The notes: generated from the letters alone by a model not told the origin. DNA of 64,000 nt from Epiperipatus broadwayi (GCA_028023455.1 JAQFVV010000010.1:9114001-9178000); one strand, 5' to 3'; shown: positions 26,137-40,858, numbered from the stretch's first letter. A program made the numbers and translations.

Positions 26137-26515
26137 TTAAAACAGGCAAAACTCTCCATATAGTAGTGCCACTCAATGCAAGCCAGAGTAATCAATGGAT
26201 GCCAGAAGGCTTGTGCATAAAATTCCTATCTAGTGCCTACTCATCCAATATTCCCAGAATAGTTTCTGGCTTGTGGCCTTCGACAGTGAGGAGTCTTGGA
26301 TCTGAGAGCATTGGAACTAGATCTTAGGATCTAATGCAACCCTCCAGCAGCCACCTTTTATCTCTACTTAACCACAAAACTAGGAGAATAAAATTGAAAA
26401 CAATATTTTCAATAGTCATATAGGTCTGAACTCGGTTCAGTACCCATACATTTTGGTGTCTTTGGTTCTTTAATAACCATAGCTACCACTATCCATCCTA
26501 TCATGTGATGTTTAG
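26137..26515 (-). mobile_element. Family-A PLE-derived element, copy 3 (long body on - strand, hammerhead at 26251-26292 doubly mutated)
   Basis: Reverse complement of the body at 41587-41970; core CTGTCGA and GAAACTATTC; a + strand tail fragment tcatgtgatgtttag at 26501-26515. Confidence 0.85.
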
Positions 26516-27324
26516 TTTCCTATTTATTAAAAAAATTTTTTAATTAAAATCAATTGCAGGAAATTCACCAGATTTATTAGCCACATTTTTTAGAATAATT
26601 GAATGTTTTTTAATATTATATAGTCTACAAAACTTCTATAAAGTTATGGAAGTTTCTGTTTTTTTATTTTATTTACATGGATGATTTTAGAACATCATAC
26701 AAAATTACTGCTTAACATATTTTTCTTATTTAGTAATATCATGAAATCAATGGATATTGGTAATAATAAGAATATTTAATTTTTAGAAAGAAATGATGAG
26801 GTAGAGATTTGAAATTATTGAACATCCACAAAGAAGTTTGTAGTCTAACTTTTTGCTTTTATGTCTTGATTACAATCTGCTTAATTTAGCAGCATGGATT
26901 TTTTTGCTAATTGCAACCTCCTAAATCAAAGAAGTAGTAATAAAGAAATAAATAGAAAATAGATGATTGTTTATGTGTGGATATTCAAATATTTAAAATT
27001 TCTAGTGTATCTGATGAATGAAAATTGCCTGCGAAGTGCATATATATTGAGAGAGATTGATTTGGGAAATTTTACACCGAATGATACTCATGATTTAATA
27101 CCTATATATATAAAAATCGATTTACTAACATATTTCAATTAATAGTCTCCTCCTTTGCTTATGTATTTATTTTAGATTTTTGGATAAATATATGTAAACC
27201 AAAATTAACACTAATATTTAATTTTGTAGTTAATTTTCATATTTAACTCTTTCTTTTATATTAATTCTAATAACTGAAACACAGGCTTATTATATACTTG
27301 TGTCTATATATGTAATATATAGGC

Positions 27325-27455
27325 TATATGAGCACAGACTTTCACACAACCCATCACTCTCCACACTATCTTTTCAACATCTATGTGTTCAAGTGTATCA
27401 GTGTTATGAGATAGAGTGGAGAGTGGTGGGTCATGTGAAAGTCTGTGCTCATATA
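27325..27455. mobile_element. MITE-like element, 131 bp with ~45-bp TIRs and TA-rich ends
   Basis: tatatgagcacagactttcacacaacccatcactctccac / gtggagagtggtgggtcatgtgaaagtctgtgctcatata. Confidence 0.75.
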
Positions 27456-27633
27456 CCCTATTAATTCTAAAGAATTCTTTTACATTAATTCTAAAGAAAT
27501 AAATAAAATATTTTATTTTTTATCACTTAAATGTAAAAGCTCGTATCTTTTTTATTCATCATATGAATGGACGTTAATATTTTTATATATATTTAATTAC
27601 ATAAATGAAATATAATCATATTTATTATGATAG

Positions 27634-27752
27634 GTCCATGGTTTGTTGGGGAAATTATTAATGGTTACTACGGTTTGTGTTTTGTATACGGATTATATGT
27701 TAATAAGAAGTTTTTACCTGGAACATTGACTTATACTTTTGGATTATTTCAC
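27634..27752 (+). CDS. TMEM62: Transmembrane protein 62, coding exon
   Basis: Phase 1-0; GPWFVGEIINGYYGLCFVYGLYVNKKFLPGTLTYTFGLFH matches the conserved TMEM62 GPWF.GEII.G..G.CF..G..V motif; gtaag donor. Confidence 0.95.
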
Positions 27753-28749
27753 GTAAGCAGTGTGTCACTAGATTTTTTTTTCACTGTAAATATTAATGTA
27801 TTATATTTTTTGTAATCTTTAATTTGTTATACTTTGAATGGATTGTTTGGAAATAGAACTATGATATTTTAGTAATTTTTTCAAGGTCGACTTTTTTTTT
27901 TATGTGGTAGCTTCTTTTTTTAGGGGAAAATATAAATTACATATGGTGTTTAAGAAAAATATTTAATGAATTTATCACCAGCTGATGAAAAGATAAAATT
28001 AAACCACAGGCACAGGATTTTCTAAAGATATTTTTTTTGATTATACATTCAGATCAATATTCATCTGACAATTTCATATTAATCTGAGGCCCTTGCCTTC
28101 TAGCTGATCATAATTAGATACCTATTTATTTACCAACAAAGAAATTCTTTTTGCCTTTATATGATCTGGAAAAAAATTCCAAATGTTTCCTAGACCATAT
28201 TTGACTTCTTGATCATAAGCATGGTAAGTAGATATATTAGCCACTATTTTTTTTTAATTGATGTATTTTACTACTTCAAATAATTCTGATGTAATCATAT
28301 AACTAATACTTTTATTTTTTGATTTGATTTCATTCATGCATTTTGTTAAAATAATCTGACTACATTTCAAGTGTATATCATAAGTTCTCTGCTGAGTGTA
28401 GTTGAGATAACTAAACAATATAGAATACTATAGTCATGCAATAACATTTAATTATTATCAATGTTAGTTTGCTATGGCTAACACCTTTTTAGCACATTTT
28501 ATTTTGTCATCCTAACATTAGAATTTTGATTATTTACAAAAATATTACATGAGATTAATTGGAAGCTTTCAGCCATTAGAATAAATCACTTTGGTAGCAG
28601 AATATTAAAAAACTGATTTTCCGTTTGCTTCTGATTCCCACATTTATATTATAATTAGTTCATTGATTTAATAAAAAGCAATAAAAATTATTAAATAATT
28701 TAAATTGCAATTTTGTTACTTTATTCATCATATATATATACTGTAATCA

Positions 28750-31700
28750 TACAGAAAAATAAAAGGGATTAATATGAGGAGGTGGAAAACCATCATCATC
28801 TCCATAGACTAATCAAAAACAATACATAGAAAGGAATAAGTATGAGAGATCAGCAAAGAATAAGACTAACTTCAAGTTCACCCAGCATTAAACAAAAATA
28901 ATAATCATTAATCATCAGCATTTATACAATCAACAAAGAGCAAAGAACGGTCAAGAATCATAAAATCAACAGTCAGTCTTGTGACTGGATTTGCCACTGC
29001 TAAACTTGGGGCAGATTATATAAATAATAATTTGAATGCACAGACTTAAGTGCTAATCCATCAGAATGTAACAAAAAAAATAATGCTGGAATACAGAAAC
29101 ATAGTGATCATCATCAATGCTCTGGCCATATAGTACCATTAATGCATTGGCCAACTATAAATTTAATTTCTAATAATAAAAAATATATAAATTGAAGTAC
29201 ATGGACTTTAAAGAATATATTTTTGTGCCATCTAAGCTTATCATCTGGATGTCCAAACAGAAATATAAACCCTAATCTCTATAAGTAACCATTATGCACT
29301 AATCTAGGTCAGGAAGCAGGAACTATATAAACTATCACTGTGAGCAAGAGATAAATAAATATAATAACATATTCTGAATAATTCTTAATTTTTAACTATT
29401 TACCAATTTTGATTTTAACTTTTGAAAGAAAATTAGAAAGATAAAAGTTTTATGTTAAAATCATATTTTTTTTCTTTTTTAAAAATGTTATTAAATATAA
29501 AACTTTATCTCTCTTACTTTTTTTCAAAAGTTAAAATTAAAAGTTTCAATAAACTTTTCATAATCAAAACTGGTAAATAGTTAACAATTATTGAAAAGAG
29601 AGAACAAAAGAAATTATTTATTTGATTTTATATTTTTCTCTCTTTTACAACTATTTATAAATTAGTAAAATAATTATATTACTATTTAAAAAAAATGTAT
29701 GGAATTTTCATATTGCCATTTGGAAAAGAAAAAAATATTCAATTAAATGAAATATCCATTATTATAAAAAAAAACATAGAGAAAATTACATATTAATTAA
29801 ATCTAAATTTAATGTTAGGAGTTTGTAATATTGACATGGCTAGTGCCCACAATATTACCATACCCTGGAATGAGGAGTGACAATGGCAAGGGATTATATG
29901 GATCCACAATTGGGTCACTATATGTAACAGTACACAACATATTAGGGCAGAATTATGAGGCGATGGGAAACCATCATCAGCCCCACATTTAATAATCAAA
30001 ATTAAATATAAAAGTAATGAGTATGAGAGATCAGCAAAGAATAAGAATAACTACAAGTTCACCCAGCATTAAACAAAATTAATAATAAAAATTCATCATT
30101 ATGAATAATCAACAACAAAAATCAACAGTCAAATCTATGACTGGATTTGAAAGGGATCCGTTATAAACAGACTACTTATCTAGCCACTACCAAACTTGGG
30201 GCAGATTATATAACCAATAATTTGGGTGCACACACTTATGTGATAATCCATCAGAATATAATAAAAAAATAATGCTGGATACAGAAACATGCTGTCATTA
30301 TCAATGGTCTGGCCATATAACTATAAATTTAAGTTCTAATAATAATAAAAATATAAAATGAAATGCATGGACTTTGAAAGTATACCTTTGTGCCATCCAG
30401 GGTTATCATCTGGATGTCCAAAACACTAACATAAACCTCTTTATAAATAATGATTATTGCACTAATCTAGCTCAGGAATCAAGAACTCTATAAATTTACT
30501 GTGAGCAAGAGGTAAATAAATAAAAATAATAGCTTATTCTAAATAATTTTATATAATTTCATAGGTTTAATTTGCTATAATTAAATAGATTTATTGGGAT
30601 TATTTAAAAATCCCTAAAACACTAAGCTGTATTGAAATCAAGTCATACACACTGCTAGGTCATGCAATAGATAGCTGCAGAAATAAAGACATTAAGACTA
30701 AAAAATATTTTCTGAACAATTATTTAATAACTGATTATCAATAAATAAAAAACATGACATGATAATATGAAATTTTAAACATTAATTTTATCAAAAAAAT
30801 ATGGTTTCATAAAAAAATTATATTAATCAGTTGATTTCTATTCATTAAATTAATTAACTTTTAATTCAATAAGTTATTTCTTTAAATAACCAAAAGTTGA
30901 AAAAACATTTTTAAAATCAGAGATAACAATCTTTAAATTAGTTTAACTAATCCTTTGTTGAATTTTGGAAGGAAAATTAAATGAATGAAAAGAAAACATG
31001 TTTCAAAATAAAATTTTAAATTTAACAAAATTAAATTTTTCAAAAGACTTTTTCATAATTTTGAAGAGAAAAGTTGAATCGATTAACAATAAAAATGTTT
31101 CACAAGAAAATATTAAATTATTAAAATTATTCAAAATATCAATTCTTGCTTTATAAAAAAAATCCTTTTTAACTATAAATGGAAATACATTATGCACATA
31201 AAGAAAATATCTTTAACTATGGTTTTATTTTTATTTGGAATCTTTTCTAGTTATAACTTTCAGTTTTTCCAGGTAACTTTTTTTGAAGGTTTCTACACAA
31301 TGTACATAATTAATTTGTTCTATTTTTGTATACAGCATTTTCAGGTTTTTTTCTTATAAAATTTCCAGGTGAGACTAACACATAGAGAGACTTATGTTGT
31401 TGGCTGGAGACAAGATTGCAGATTATTTCAGGGGCATTTTTCTTCTTTATATTTTATTCCAGTGAAGGCAGGTTACATGGAGGAAGATGATGTTTAACTA
31501 AATTTAGCAGATGGTTTTTATTGTAGAAACCATTTTTATAACTAAACTCATAGTATGCTAAAAACTTGGTTAAAACTTCAACAGCTTAAATAAGACTTTT
31601 GCTTCTTTCTTCTTTAGCAGCTGGATCAGGAACTTCTTTTCTCCTACTGTCCATCTGATGTAAGACTGACTTCTTACCAGACATTTAGGTCGTCTTCTCA

Positions 31701-32218
31701 CTTATTCACACCCCTCTTAATTTTGGAACAATTCTGCTTCAAACCAATAACAATCTAACTCCAACATGACACAATTAATAATAACCAATTAGGTCATTTT
31801 TTACAAATACAAAGTTCAGTTATTTTTCTCCTCAACATTGACATTGAAAAACAAGTCAAAAATTTAAATTGGAATCATAAATTTTTTGACATTCCTTTCT
31901 AATTAAAATTGTTTTTTCAAAAAAGAAAACAATATATTCAAATTAATTAGACTGATTTAATAAACAACTTATTTTTTGGAGAGAGATAAAGAGAAAAGAA
32001 GGAAAACTAATAAAATAAAATTTTATTAAAATCATTTTTTTTTTTCTTCACATTACTATTTTAAAAAATGTCTAGAATTTTTATAATACTGTTTGGAAAG
32101 AAAAAAACATTAAATTAAATGAAATACTCATTATTGTAAAAAAAAAAAAAACATACAGAAAATTACATATTAATTAAATCTAAATTTAAACTTTGTCATG
32201 GCTAGTGCCCACAATATA
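28750..32218. repeat. Partial tandem array of the unclassified ~2.4-kb repeat (deleted unit, full unit, start of a third)
   Basis: 28750-29380 matches ~29940-30550; 29670-29855 matches ~32050-32218; full unit homologous to 8150-10400; imperfect inverted repeat at ~29387-29590. Confidence 0.75.
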
Positions 32219-32269
32219 ATTATATGTATTGCAAATAAAGTCTTATGATTTATATCACGTATAATTTTA

Positions 32270-33560
32270 ATTTCCAATATTTCAATGAAATAATATTCAT
32301 CCTTGTCAAGATTTAGGTCTTAATGAAAAACTGTTATGTCTTAAGTAATAATGAGATTAAGCATGAAATAAAGAACAATCATTCTTATGTATATTTGATG
32401 GTTGGTTATTCAGAATAGGTGGTTTAATTTTACAATTAATTGATCCCAAATTGATTTTAGAAAAAAGAAATAAAATAAGTGGTCTTTATAAGACAAAATA
32501 TGTTTTGCTTCATCAGATTTGTTTAAACTATCCAGTCATTTCAAAATTTCAATTTATTTTAGTATTATCAAAGTCAGGTGTGTGACCAATTTCTAAAAAA
32601 ATGTGAAGTAAAAGCTGGCGTATTTAACTTGACTGAAGGTATATTTATGCTCCCTAATTTTGACACTAATTCATCTATTGGATTTACCCACATAGCTGAA
32701 TTTATCGACACCTTGTTATTCCAAAAGTTCTCAATCTTTAGATTTACAGAAAAAAATCTTTTTTTTTTTTTACTAGTGGAAAAAGTAGTCTAAATATTGA
32801 AATTAGATAATCTTATACTGATTTTAATAGTGATTCCTTTAATATAAGGTAAAACAACTCTATAAATAGATGAATTGTCTATTTTATCATTTTTTTTCTT
32901 TTTAACGTAAGTGCTATATAAAACTTTATATATGTTTTTATTGTAACCATTAGAATGTAGAATATTTTTATTAGTGCTATTTCTTGATTAGATGATCTTT
33001 ATTAGACAAACTATATGCTCTCATCAAAAGATTTTTTGTCACAGATAATATGAGCAGGATGATGATGATAATTAAATTTAAGATATCTGTTTATATGAGC
33101 AGTTTTACTATAAAGAGATATATTGATAAAGGATCATACATTTTCTAGCAATTAAAACATCTAGAAAAAAAAAAGTGTTTTTTTATTTTCAATTTCCATG
33201 GAAAACTTAATATTAGGGTGCTATCCATTAAGAAAAACAAGAAAAGAATTAATTCAAGTCATCAGCAGTATGAGCCATATCAACATATCTGAACCAATTA
33301 GGTCTCTTATTACCTGCATTTTAATAATCTCACTTTCAATTGCATAAGTCCCTGTAGGAAATGTATTTAATAGTTGTAATAATATAAATCTTGCCATCCT
33401 TGAAACATGGTAAATTTGGAAGAAGTTGTTTAAATTTTAGAGCCATCTAAATAACTATAAATTTAATAATAAAATATTTTATCGAGGTTTTAAAAACACA
33501 TTAGGTATGCAAACTGGGCATATCAACATATCAACTACTCTGATCTTATCAAGAGTACAA
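32270..33560 (-). mobile_element. Decayed Penelope-like element: RT C-terminus, linker, GIY-YIG and pLTR remnant
   Basis: Minus-strand remnants WFRYVD..HPNIKFSMEIENKKTLFFLDVLI, YSKTAHINRYLKFNYHHP, ILHSNGY, VLPYIKGI, SYVGKSNR.ISVKIREH, GHTPDFDNTKI; faint hammerhead remnant ~32273-32312. Confidence 0.88.
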
Positions 33561-33715
33561 ATAAAGGCAAGATTGTCATCACACATGACCTTGAAAATAT
33601 TTCAAAATCCAATATAAAGACATGGTTGGTATCATACATGACTTTAACAATATTTCATGAGCAAAAATAAAGACATAATTGGTATCATACATGACTTTAT
33701 TAAAATCTCATCTAG
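33560..33715. repeat. Degenerate ~53-bp tandem repeat, ~3 units
   Basis: ataaagaca..ttggtatcatacatgacttta repeated. Confidence 0.7.
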
Positions 33716-34691
33716 ATAAACATCAAAGAATTTAAAAGCAAGACAAAAATGAAATGATAGAATAAACTTACAATAAACACCTATACAATAGTGTAATAAA
33801 GAATTAGGACCTTGTCTCTAATCTTAAAATATAAGAATAGACTCTCAAAAGGGGATTGCCTAAAGAATAGCATTCTATGCCAGATATCACTTAAGACATA
33901 ATAAAGCTCATTGGCATGATAAAAACAATCTGTAAAAGTAGAAATAATACCACTATCACATTACAATGAACAAAAAATGTGTAAAACTGATAAAATGTAG
34001 CAATAATAGCAAAATATGGCTATGGCTATGTCTAAGCAATTTAATATTAAAAATATCAGCATCATAAATTTTTTCATACATTTATTCACATTTTAATAAC
34101 ACTCACTAAAAATATTTCATATAAACAGTAATATTCGGAGACCTATAATGATAGACATATTAAAACCATAAATAAATAATACATAGGAAAAATAGATATA
34201 ATGCACATATAAATAAATGTTAAAAACTAAATATTTATATCCATTTTACCAATTAATAAATTAACAGCTTTTAAATCCTGGTTTTCCATACCATTGACAG
34301 CATAACAGTCTAATAAAGAATCCTCGGACATGCTGAAGATTTTTGCAAAATATGCAGGCAATATTGAAGATAAAATTAATAAATAGGCAAATAAAATCTG
34401 AAGTATGTACAGCTAACTGAAATAACCATTCTAAGAAATAATGTAATGTTCATTTAACAACATGACGATAAGCAATTTAAATAAAACAATGATATGAATA
34501 GTAATAAGCATTGTGTATATTTTTAAATAGCACATTGAATAATAATAAACCTTGTAGATATTTTAAATAGCATGTAAATAAATGATATTTCCTTTAGAAA
34601 CACAATTCATAGCTTTATGCAATAAATATTAATGAAGATCAAACATATCTGTATCAGAATAATGCAAAGTCACATGATGCTTGCTCATAAC

Positions 34692-34739
34692 GGCTTACAC
34701 TGAATGGCACTACTGTATGGAGAGTTCTGCCTGTTTTAA
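34692..34739 (+). mobile_element. Family-A terminal fragment (copy 5)
   Basis: ggcttacactgaatggcactactgtatggagagttctgcctgttttaa matches the family-A 3' end. Confidence 0.75.
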
Positions 34740-35329
34740 TACTGCAAAGTAATATATAAAATGTTGAGGAGTTCTAAATAAATTTTTAATACGAGTACAA
34801 TAATCTTATTTTTAAAAATAATATACATTATAAAATAAAGAGCAGGTTCCAAGAGGTAATAATACATAATATTTATACTTTCTTGACAATAAAATAGTTT
34901 CAATCAGCAAGTAAGTGTATTTAATGAATATAAGTCTTTATTGACAAACAGAAATAAAAGTGAGCATTAAGTCCAGTTCATATATTTTATCTTTCAGACA
35001 GATAAAATATTTATTAGCAAAATAAAATCTATTTGAGCATACTACTTTTATTTCTTATATCAGAATAAAGCACATATTTCCATACTAGCATTTAAAATGC
35101 AGATATCATTCATAGAAAAATACATGAAATGACGTTTTATATATTCACAAAATATTTTCTTAGCAAGAAATAACACATAGCAACTAAAATATATTATAAC
35201 AGGGCTGGGTTCAAACCCTGTTCTAAGGCATAGGACAATACCAGCGAGCATATATATATACTCAATCAAAAATAATATTAAATTAAATTTTTTCGTTGTT
35301 GTTTTGTATGTGTGTGTGTATATATTTTA

Positions 35330-35720
35330 AACGGGTAAATAAAAATAAATTGAAACATAAGAGGGACGGGGGGGTTATATGGTTTGTGCTCGTGTATTTT
35401 GTTTAGAGGCATGTGTATTTATATTGCTGCATGGGTGAATAAATGTAATAGATTCATAAAAATAAGAAAATTTACATGGCCAAGCTTTAATTCCAAGATG
35501 GACGACTAAGGAAAGAATTTACAAAAAAGAAAATAAATTAATTGCAAAGAAAGAATTAGGAAAGTTATAGATTGCTATCTTAAGGAATAAAGCTATTTTA
35601 ATTGAAAGGAAATTGTTTCCAAGATGGACCACAAAAGGCACAAATTCCAAAAAATATGTTAATTGAAAATAAAAAATTCAAAATGTGTAGATCGCTATCT
35701 CGAGACAAAGCCGTTTTAAT
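35330..35720 (+). mobile_element. Possible LTR end / leader of an LTR retrotransposon
   Basis: aataaa...tttaca followed by tggcc at ~35477, then a ~125-bp direct repeat (ccaagatggac..gctatct..ttttaatt); no coding motif recognised. Confidence 0.25.
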
Positions 35721-35723
35721 TAG

Positions 35724-35808
35724 AAAAGAAAATGTTATAAATAAAAGAAAATGTTATAAATAAAAATGAAATAGTTATAAATAAAAGAAAATGTTACAAA
35801 TAAAAGAC
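35724..35808. repeat. 19-bp minisatellite, ~4.5 units
   Basis: aaaagaaaatgttataaat repeated. Confidence 0.85.
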
Positions 35809-38800
35809 AATGAATGCGGATCTGAAGGTATAATTGAAATTCCTGAACATATAGAAATAAAAGTTACTGAAAGGTTTTCTATTGGCAAACCACGTGGTTT
35901 CATTGAAAAGAAGAGAGGGAACAATAGCATTTTTAATTAGAGTTTGAAAGCTGAACTTTGAAGAGGAACTCTAGAACTGTTACTGCCATGAGCAGGATCG
36001 AAGAAAAATTAGTTAAAAATTGTATATCTTGGTCAACCATGAACAGGCTGGGGTAAAGGACAAGAACGGACCGGGCTCTGCCATCCATCCTGCAGAGGTA
36101 CTACAGTTGCTGTCCATGTAGGAGCGAAGCCCTGCCTAAATTACGGAGAGAACAACATTCACCGAACGCCATTGATTGTGCCTTACGGAATCCACGGAGG
36201 ACTAAAAAAAAAAAGAAAGAAATCACTTATTCACTACATCGCAGCATGAAGCCAGAAAATATTACCATTCATCTACACCCAGGTGAGATAAAGCAAGGTA
36301 ACTCAAATATTTTCGTAAATACCAGTCACCTCTTGAATACGAACACATTTCAGTAAAATAATAATGTTTAAGGGCTAAAAGAAAATAAAGAGATATCTAA
36401 AATAATGCCCTATATAACTATGTAAATGAATATACCGGATGATGATTGATTGCATTTACTTTATATGCTATGATATATGTTTTTTGTTACATTTATGAAC
36501 TTATGCGGGTGTGTGTATTTACATGCATATCAATTCAAGTATTCGAGCACAAACCAATACCCAATTGCGGGATTCTATTTTGTGTTATTATTTTTTATTA
36601 ATAAATATTAAATTAGTGTTTTAAGTATAATTGTGTGTGTGTTCAATGTTAATTTCTTTAAAAGCCTAGATTACATAATACAATTAGAGAGTAGTATTAA
36701 GAGTAAAAGTAAGAAAGTAAAACGAATCATTTATGCATTCCGTGTGCACTTAATCTGTTCTCCCACCTCTTTCCCATGGTCAACGACCACTACCCCTGAG
36801 TGAGCTAGCCAGAGGTATGAGCTCTATCTATTATAAATTGATACTCATCTCTCCCAGCATAATTCTTATTTACTCGTAAATAGGATTTGCGCTTGGAGTC
36901 AAATTGACATCCATAAATATGCTGGGCAAGTGATAAGAGTACCGTGCCGGACTAACTATATATGTATGTTCGCATCATAATTTTCTTAAAAACAACAAAA
37001 AAGAAGAAACTTAGATTTTAAATATATAATAAACGTATACCAGCTATATACGTGTTACGCACAGGTAGCAAACTTTTACAATATCATGTATCCATTTTGT
37101 CAACAATAAAACGAGCATTTCATTTTTCAGACAAGAATATAATGTAATAATTTCTATGAGTAGCATTTTAAAATAATTAGATATAGTTTACTAGTTTCTT
37201 TCAAGCAAGCATTTATACATCCATAATTAATCTTTATTAGCTTCTTTATCATTTACATAGTCCTACTACTTCAGCTAACAGTTCTAATTTGAGAATAAAG
37301 TCAAATTAAGCCAAGAGTACGCTCTAAAATAATAGTAATATCCAACATTTTAAAGAAAATTTAATATTTAAATTTCTTGTAAAAAAAATCCATATAAATT
37401 CCTTTTAAAGTTAATGAAAAATAATTCAAAAGTTCTGTCATTCAACAATAAAATTATCACCTCAAAATAAATATTAGATATGATAAAATAAGCAAATTGA
37501 AAATTGATTATAATTCTAGCAATACAATGATGCATTTGGTAAAAATTTACTATTGTCTTATAGCATTGAGACATGGTGTTTGTGAAATTTAATGCATTGA
37601 TTGGAGCTTCAAATGGTGTACAAATGGAGATATTTGCAGCATAATGGAGAAGCTAAGTTACAGGCCTGAATAGGTAACTAGTTTAGCATGCATAATTTTA
37701 CTAGCAAATAAATAATTACAAAAAAAATTATACTGTATAACGATGATAAAGAGATGAAGAGAAATAATGAAGTGTGTAGTTAAAATGTGGCAGTCAAAGC
37801 TTAAATACAGGAAGTCATGTTACAGGTAATTTACTGAATGATTGATAATTAAGTAAGTAATTAATTTATGCGACATAGTTTATAAGATAGAACAAATGAT
37901 TAAGTTGCTAAATTAAAGATTCTAAAAATAACTTAATTACACATTGTCTAGACAGTAGACAAACAATAATTAATATTACATCATTGTTACATTAGACATT
38001 ATTTAATAAAATGAAAATTATTATATTAAATATATTTAAATACTCTTGATATTCTCAGAATATTAACTTTGTAAAATGTTCTTTTATACAACAAGTAATT
38101 TGTAAAATATTAAAGATAAAAGTATTAAATTACTTTAAAAATATTAACTTTTCCAACCAGAAAATTAAAACAATTATTTTCTTTTGACTTTTAATTCTAA
38201 TTAGAACTTGATTGTGTGCACACTCACACACAGAAATAAGGTAACTGTTTTAAAAATAACTAGTATAAAGTCATTGGCTAATCTAATATTTTTAAATAAA
38301 AATTAGATCATTATTAAATTAGCATTTATAAACTTTATTTTAAAATAAACTGCAAGTTAACTAATTACAGTACTGAGAATTAATAATGCATTTTAAAAAC
38401 TGGCTTAAACATTTTAAATTCGTGTTTATGAAAAGCAATAAAATATTATTTAATTATTTATGTGTTGAATTTATTGACAACTTAATCTAATAAGTATCAA
38501 TAACAATTATATTATGAATATAATTATATTTTTCAACTATACTATGTTAAGAATAAATTACTGGCAAATCCTAACATTTACAAGATTAAATAAGCTTGAC
38601 TGCTAAATTAAAATTATTTAAATTTATTTATATATCAGTTGTAATAGTAATATTTTATAATAATAACAATAATTCAGTTAAACAATTTACAAATGACTTA
38701 TCATCGCTATAATAGTAACAGCATTTTCTTGACAGAAAATAAATTATGTAAATTTTTTTTTAGACACACTATCACAAAACCTTAACTTGAAATTCTGCAG

Positions 38801-40439
38801 TCAGAATTTAAGGTTGCAATATATATTTATATATGCCCATAAATATGCACGAGAAATCTCTTTTTGAAATACTTCTTTGCTAATTTGATCCAATATATTT
38901 AAATAAATAAATTCTTATACAAACTTGTACAAATTATTTTTAAACCTTTATTTCTGAATGAATTTGAAATAATTCCATGCTTCAACTACTTTGAAGAATT
39001 GCTGTAATTAAATAATTGCAATGCTGAGATATTGCATATTTTTAATTTGTTTAGGAATAAACATTTTACAAGAATTTGGAAGACTTTATGCATTTATTAT
39101 TTTTTCAAATGAATATTTTTTTCTCAAAAATACAATGAAATTGTAAAATGCACAAACATGTCTTTCATACTAACATATGACATTTGATATGTTAAGTATT
39201 CCAGTCATTAATACATGCATTTGGTATGTCATATTTTCTTGTAAATTCAGAAGTACAGTTGGCATGGGCTGAATAAAATCAAAACAGTATAAGTATTGAA
39301 TTAATGACACTCTGAACTACCATTTTAATATTCAAGACTTTCTTCTAAACATGTAGTTTTGGAGAGTCCAATATCATTCTTCATTAATAATATTATATCA
39401 ATGGTACTTAGCTTTATAAACTTTACAGAGAAAGATGTAGATTTAAATTATAATGAGGGTTGAATAAATAAAGTTAGAAATATAAAAAAAAATGAATCAG
39501 AAAATATTTATTAAAGAGATGAAGAAGATGCAATTTTGATTGGACCTAAAATTTTTAGAAGCACAAGAATTCTGAAAATTATGTTAAAAGTAAAAAATGA
39601 ATTAATAAGTGATTGGAAGAGAATGCATATGTTTATATGAAACATGGGAGATAGAAAGGTGTGGAAAATATAGATATGTGGACTTTAATGTCAGATAATT
39701 AATGATGTATAAAACTTTTCTTAATTTTTTTAATTGTCCCTAATTACTTATCTAATTGAAAATTATCTTAACTATTTTTGATCTTGACTCTTTCTCTTTC
39801 ATTCACTTGTTTATCACCTTAGAAGTTCATCATCCCAATCTATAATCTTGAAAGGGTACTCCATTATTCTCTTCCCTATACATTTTGAGCGATATGTAAT
39901 GTGTCATGAAACTTACAACTTGCCCAATATGCTTTGACTAGCATCGACAATTTCTTATTTACTGTTATTCTTAATTATGCATTAGTCCTGTTGATGGCCA
40001 CATCTCACATGGATTTATCTTTTTATTTCATCGGCTTTTTTTTAATGTTCATGTTGCAACAATTGGAAAAAATAAAGTAATTGATTAATTTTAATTTGAT
40101 GACTCTTGAGATGTTTCAGTCTTTCTATATTTTAGAGTTTTGTTATTTACATTATATAAATATTGATACAAATATTTTCAATAAAAGATGTCAAATTTTC
40201 TTTTAGGTTTACCTGTATATATGGACAGTTAGAAAAAGATTAGTAAATAGGCAGTCCTGATCATTATTGTGCTATACCTAGCAAACAACTTTAGATCCCA
40301 TGCTATCCACATACTGATTTTTTTCTGCATGAATGGTCTTTTCCTGTTTTTATAACTTAGGAAAAATTGAAACATCCATAAATATGTATAAAACTTTTTG
40401 TGTTTTTTGTAATTGTAATTTTTTTTTTTTTTTTTCCAG

Positions 40440-40751
40440 TTTATAACTTTTCACATTCCATTAACACTGTGCCTAGCAAGATGTTGTCATCTGCGTTACA
40501 AAAACTTTCAAAGAAGTACCAATATTTCTCTGCTTAGATATTTGTTTCGACACTTGTTCATTATTTTAATTATTTCATACCAAGCATGGTGTGCACATAC
40601 ATTTTTTTTAAATTATGGCACCATGGCTTTTTTCTTAGGACCTGTACGAACATGGTCAATATTGATGGCCATTGTTTTATGGAGAATTGCATCTACTTTA
40701 CCTGAATATAGCTTTGCTATGTATCAAAGTAGGATGAATAGATATGTATAA
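40440..40751 (+). CDS. TMEM62: Transmembrane protein 62, last coding exon
   Basis: Long poly-T/ccag acceptor; FITFHIPLTLCLARCCHLRY...YGTMAFFLGPVRTWSILMAIVLWRI...MNRYV-stop, in frame with track ORF 40542-40751. Confidence 0.92.
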   Translation, partial: FITFHIPLTLCLARCCHLRYKNFQRSTNISLLRYLFRHLFIILIISYQAWCAHTFFLNYGTMAFFLGPVRTWSILMAIVLWRIASTLPEYSFAMYQSRMNRYV

Positions 40752-40852
40752 TGAAAACGCATGTCTAACAGGAAGAAATGGCCTGAAAAGATATTTCAGC
40801 AGTGTTTTATTTATTTTTTAAACTTTGTTGTATTTTTTATTTTATAAATAAT

Positions 40853-40858
40853 AATAAA
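40853..40858 (+). promoter_or_regulatory. Candidate polyadenylation signal of TMEM62 (more AATAAA at ~40887, ~40958 and inside the 81-bp duplication)
   Basis: AATAAA ~100 nt after the stop; the background is AT-rich, so the site actually used is uncertain. Confidence 0.35.

Noticed and set aside
29955-29985. CTGATGA on the - strand in the 2.4-kb repeat
   Set aside because: No downstream GAAA, and the other copies read GATGATGA.
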